A stretch of 11,039 nt of DNA from positions 1-11,039 of the forward strand of contig JBGATO010000103.1 in NCBI GenBank assembly GCA_044229145.1, read 5' to 3'. The DNA is from Candidatus Eiseniibacteriota bacterium. Lineage in GTDB: Bacteria; Eisenbacteria; RBG-16-71-46; CAZEPH01. Positions 8,422 to 11,039 of this stretch are shown here, one piece after another. The translations under genes and the position numbers were made by a program. The notes under the pieces are model-generated. The model was not told the origin of the DNA and searched no databases. It saw only the letters and a program-made list of their open reading frames with translations. Numbering within the stretch: position 1 is the stretch's first letter; each line of letters opens with the position of its first letter.

Positions 8422-8505
8422 AAAAGAAAGGCCTCGCGGCATGTCGTCCAGTACAAACGGATTGCCGAAGCCGCGAGGCCAACCGCCCCCCCATGAGCGG
8501 TCGCC
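8422..8505 (-). ncRNA. Candidate sigma54-dependent sRNA or attenuator leader with intrinsic terminator-like end
   Basis: From the predicted +1 (~8505): hairpin GACCGCUC-AUGGGG-GGGCGGUU, then a perfect 11-bp stem GGCCUCGCGGC (8480-8470) / GCCGCGAGGCC (8440-8430) enclosing 29 nt, immediately followed by UUUCUUUU (8429-8422). Confidence 0.5.
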
Positions 8506-8516
8506 GGAATAACATG

Positions 8517-8531
8517 GCAATCGAGATGCCA
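8517..8531 (-). promoter_or_regulatory. Sigma54 (RpoN) -24/-12 promoter
   Basis: Minus strand TGGCATCTCGATTGC matches the consensus TGGCAC-N5-TTGC with correct GG/GC spacing. It faces the DUF2231 gene and lies just downstream of a GAFTGA-containing activator gene. Confidence 0.88.
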
Positions 8532-8546
8532 GTCGCAGCGCGCCCG

Positions 8547-8559
8547 TAAGTCGTTGCAG
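8547..8559. promoter_or_regulatory. IHF-like binding site
   Basis: TAAGTCGTTGCAG matches the YAA-N4-TTG part of the reversed IHF consensus YAANNNNTTGATW but not the final ATW. Its position, about -42 to -54, lies between promoter and enhancer as expected. Confidence 0.5.
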
Positions 8560-8593
8560 CAGAATACCGGGCGTGAGCGAGACGGGCGGGGAC

Positions 8594-8640
8594 GTTCAAA
8601 TGTTCGGCGCCGTGCAGCACGGCGGTTCGAAGGTTCGAAC
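8594..8640. promoter_or_regulatory. Putative upstream activator sequences (two enhancer boxes) for the NtrC-family regulator
   Basis: Palindrome GTTCGAA-GG-TTCGAAC (8625-8640) and a degenerate copy GTTCAAATGTTCGGCG (8594-8609, 11 of the first 13 nt identical). They are 31 bp apart and centred at about -128 and -97. Confidence 0.65.
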
Positions 8641-8645
8641 GCGGC

Positions 8646-10052
8646 TCAGACGGAGCGGGCCGCGGCGTCGACACCCAAGCGCTTGAGTTTGTACGACAGA
8701 TCGCTCCGTGACACGCCGAGCGCGCGCGCGGCCTCGGCTTGCACGCCGCCGGCACGCCCGAGGGCTTGGAGGATGAGTGCGCGCTCCACCGCATCGAGGC
8801 TGTCGCGGAGGTCGCCGCTTGGCGCCCGCGCCGCGCAGCGTTCCCAGTATCCGGCGGCGTCGCCGGGAGCACCGGCGGTCAGATCGCCCTCCCCGAGCGA
8901 GGGAAAGTCTGCGAGCGTCAGGGACTCGCCGCGCGCCAAGATGCAGGCGCGTTCGACCAGATTGCGCAGCTCGCGCACGTTGCCTGGGAAGGCGTACGCC
9001 TGGAGCGCCGGGATCACCGCCGCCTCGACGCCGCGCGCCGGCACCGCCATCTCGCGCGCCACGCGATGCAGCAGGCTGCCGAGCAACACCGGAATGTCCT
9101 CGGCGCGCTCGCGCAGCGGCGGCACCGCCAGCGGCACGACGGCGAGCCGATAGTACAAGTCTTCGCGGAATGACCCCTCGCGCACCCGCGCAGCGAGATC
9201 GCGATGTGTCGCCGCCACCACGCGCACGTCGACGCGTCGCGGCGCGGTGGCACCGACACGCACGATCTCGCCGTCCTGCAACACGCGCAGCAGCTTGGCC
9301 TGCAACGCCAGCGACATCTCGCCCGCTTCATCGAGGAACAGCGTGCCGTGGTCGGCCGCCTCGAACACCCCTTGGCGCGCGTGGTCGGCACCGGTGAATG
9401 CGCCCTTCTCGTGGCCGAACAGCTCGCTCTCGAGCAATGTCTCCGTCATCGCCGCGCAGTTGACGGCGATGAATGGCTCGTCGGCGCGCGGGCTGAGCGC
9501 GTGGATGGCACGCGCCACCAGCTCTTTGCCGGTGCCGGTTTCGCCGGTGATGAGCACGGTCGCGGCGGTCGGCGCGACGCGCCCCACCGTTTCACGCACG
9601 GCGCGCATTCCCGACGAATCGCCGAGCAATTCGGGACGGCCGGCCAGGCGCTCCACCGTCCCGCGCAACCGCGCGTTCTCGCGCTCCAGCGTCGCGCGCT
9701 CGACGGCGCGTTGCACGGTGACGCGCACGATGCCGGGCTCGAAGGGCTTCGCGAGGAAGTCGAAGGCTCCTTGGCGCATCACTTCGACCGCCAGCGCATC
9801 GTCGGCGAACGCGGTGAGGAGGACGACTTGAAGGTTCGTGTCGACATCCGCGCAGGCGTGCAGGACATCGAGCCCGTTGCCGTCGAGCATCTTGTGGTCG
9901 GTGAGCACGGCGTCGAACGCTTCGCGGGCCAGCGCCGCGCGCGCCGCGACCACGCCGTCGGCCTCGACGATGACGTGTCCGTCGGGTTCGAGGATGGCGC
10001 GCAAGACGCGCCGCATGTTGGGTTCGTCGTCGACCAGGAGCAGTCGGGTCAC
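8646..10052 (-). CDS. Sigma54-dependent two-component response regulator (NtrC family: REC-AAA+-Fis HTH), 468 aa
   Basis: Receiver LLLVDDE...LTDHKM...LTAF...KPF, Walker A GETGTGKE, ESELFGHEKGAFTGA, Walker B LFLDEAGE, FREDLYYRL, FPGNVRELRN and HTH QAEAARALGVSRSDLSYKL. The true start is GTG 10052 (SD GAGG, GTGA overlap with the kinase stop), not 10505. Confidence 0.96.
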   Translation of the reverse strand: MTRLLLVDDEPNMRRVLRAILEPDGHVIVEADGVVAARAALAREAFDAVLTDHKMLDGNGLDVLHACADVDTNLQVVLLTAFADDALAVEVMRQGAFDFLAKPFEPGIVRVTVQRAVERATLERENARLRGTVERLAGRPELLGDSSGMRAVRETVGRVAPTAATVLITGETGTGKELVARAIHALSPRADEPFIAVNCAAMTETLLESELFGHEKGAFTGADHARQGVFEAADHGTLFLDEAGEMSLALQAKLLRVLQDGEIVRVGATAPRRVDVRVVAATHRDLAARVREGSFREDLYYRLAVVPLAVPPLRERAEDIPVLLGSLLHRVAREMAVPARGVEAAVIPALQAYAFPGNVRELRNLVERACILARGESLTLADFPSLGEGDLTAGAPGDAAGYWERCAARAPSGDLRDSLDAVERALILQALGRAGGVQAEAARALGVSRSDLSYKLKRLGVDAAARSV

Positions 10053-11039
10053 GCCACGTCCTCGCGCGGCTGCGCCGGGAGACGCAGCGTGAAGGTGATC
10101 TCGCCGTCGCGGTTCGCGGTGAGATCGAGGGTTCCATGGTGCGCTTCGGCGAGCCGCCGCGCCAGTCCCAGCCCGAGCCCGGTGCCTTGCGGCTTCGTCG
10201 TGAAGAACGGTTCGAACAGCCGCGCCACCACGTCGGCGCGGATCGCCGCGCCGGCATTCGTCACCGTGACTTCGGTCGCGCCGGGAATCGCCGTGGCACG
10301 CAGCCGCACCTGCTCGCCAGGTGGCGACGCATCGATCGCATTGCGCACCAAATTGAGCAGGATCTGATGGATCTGTTCGCGATCGCCCCACACCTCGGAC
10401 GCCGAGCTGGTCTCCACCACCACCTGCACGCGGTGCGAGGCGGCCGCCGCCTGCGCGATGTCGCGGATGTACCCGAGCAACAGCACGACGTCCCAGAGCG
10501 CGCACTCCATCGGGCGTTGCCGCGCGTAGATCAAGAAGTCGCCGGTGAGACGCGCCAGACGGTCCATCTCCTCCCGCGCGACGGTGTAGAGTTGCGCGCG
10601 CGTCTCTGCGGTGACCGCAGGATCGTCGACGGTGCGCAGCGACGACGAGATCATCGCCACCGGGTTGCGAATCTCGTGGGCAATCGCCGACGCCAGCCGG
10701 CCCACCGCCGCCAGTTTCTCATGCTCGATGAGGCGATCGCGCGTCGCCTCGAGTTCGTCGAGACTTTCGGCCAGCCGCTTGCTCTCGCGGCGCCGCGCGT
10801 CGGCCAGCATCCACACGACGACGGTCGCCGCGTAGAACAGGATGGCCACCACCGCGCCTTCGAAATACTCGGTGACATCGTGATTCTGCGCCTGGCGCTC
10901 GAACAGCCAGACATCGAGGAACAACAAGCCGACGGCGAGATTCGCACACACCATCGCCCACGCGAGGTTGAAGCGAAACGCCGCCGAGATCAGCGCCGGC
11001 AACATCAGCACGTAGTAGTGGTGCTCCTGCCCCTCACCC
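10049..11039 (-). CDS. Membrane sensor histidine kinase (NtrB/ZraS-like HisKA + HATPase), 5' end outside the window
   Basis: H-box EKLAAVGRLASAIAHEIRNP, N-box QILLNLVRNAIDA, F-box LFEPFFTTK and G2 GTGLGL, with several closely spaced TM segments. The frame stays open upstream of 11011 to the window edge (GEGQEHHYYV...). Confidence 0.94.
   Translation of the reverse strand, partial: GEGQEHHYYVLMLPALISAAFRFNLAWAMVCANLAVGLLFLDVWLFERQAQNHDVTEYFEGAVVAILFYAATVVVWMLADARRRESKRLAESLDELEATRDRLIEHEKLAAVGRLASAIAHEIRNPVAMISSSLRTVDDPAVTAETRAQLYTVAREEMDRLARLTGDFLIYARQRPMECALWDVVLLLGYIRDIAQAAAASHRVQVVVETSSASEVWGDREQIHQILLNLVRNAIDASPPGEQVRLRATAIPGATEVTVTNAGAAIRADVVARLFEPFFTTKPQGTGLGLGLARRLAEAHHGTLDLTANRDGEITFTLRLPAQPREDVA

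Noticed and set aside
8436..8467. Resemblance of GGCAATCC...GGACG to the c-di-GMP-I riboswitch
   Set aside because: There is no GNRA tetraloop and no second hairpin with a tetraloop receptor.
8467..8482. Second possible sigma54 site TGGCCTCGCGGCTTC
   Set aside because: It lacks the conserved GC at -12. The 8517-8531 site is far better.
8383..8520. 46-aa N-terminal extension of DUF2231
   Set aside because: Its start lies inside the sigma54 promoter, upstream of the predicted +1. ATG 8382 has an SD and fits the family start.
10053..10505. 151-aa N-terminal extension of the response regulator in the ORF track
   Set aside because: It overlaps the HATPase coding region in another frame. The receiver domain begins at GTG 10052, which has an SD and a GTGA overlap.
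1..11039. CRISPR arrays, tRNA/rRNA genes, transposases, integrases or defence systems
   Set aside because: No regularly spaced direct repeats, cloverleafs or relevant protein motifs were seen. The repetitiveness at 5.5-7.4 kb is explained by protein-level Asp-box repeats.

Overview
Very GC-rich bacterial DNA with eight protein genes and unusually readable regulatory DNA. Left: a minus-strand operon of an SPFH (band-7) membrane protein (124-1005) and a small ribbon-helix-helix (RHH) protein cut by the window edge (<1-110, missing from the ORF track). Its extended -10 promoter is overlapped by three GATATC-like boxes at 11-bp spacing. A structured ~100-nt intergenic element follows. Middle (plus strand): a Hanks-type Ser/Thr kinase with TM, TolB-N-like and TPR regions (1236-4115), a YheT-like alpha/beta hydrolase (4155-5156), and a secreted Asp-box beta-propeller protein with a T9SS-A/FlgD-Ig-like C-terminal domain whose signal-peptide 5' end is out of frame (5245-7715). 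Right (minus strand): a sensor kinase (partial), an NtrC-family response regulator, two enhancer-like boxes 31 bp apart, an IHF-like site, a near-consensus sigma54 promoter, an ~84-nt structured RNA ending in a terminator-like stem plus U-tract, and a DUF2231 membrane protein. The best candidates for something undescribed are this sigma54-driven sRNA/attenuator, the intergenic structured element, the RHH operator array, and an AUGGG-loop hairpin shared by two leaders. The protein families suggest an FCB-related lineage such as Ca. Eisenbacteria or Gemmatimonadota (inference only). All folds and alignments were done by eye.
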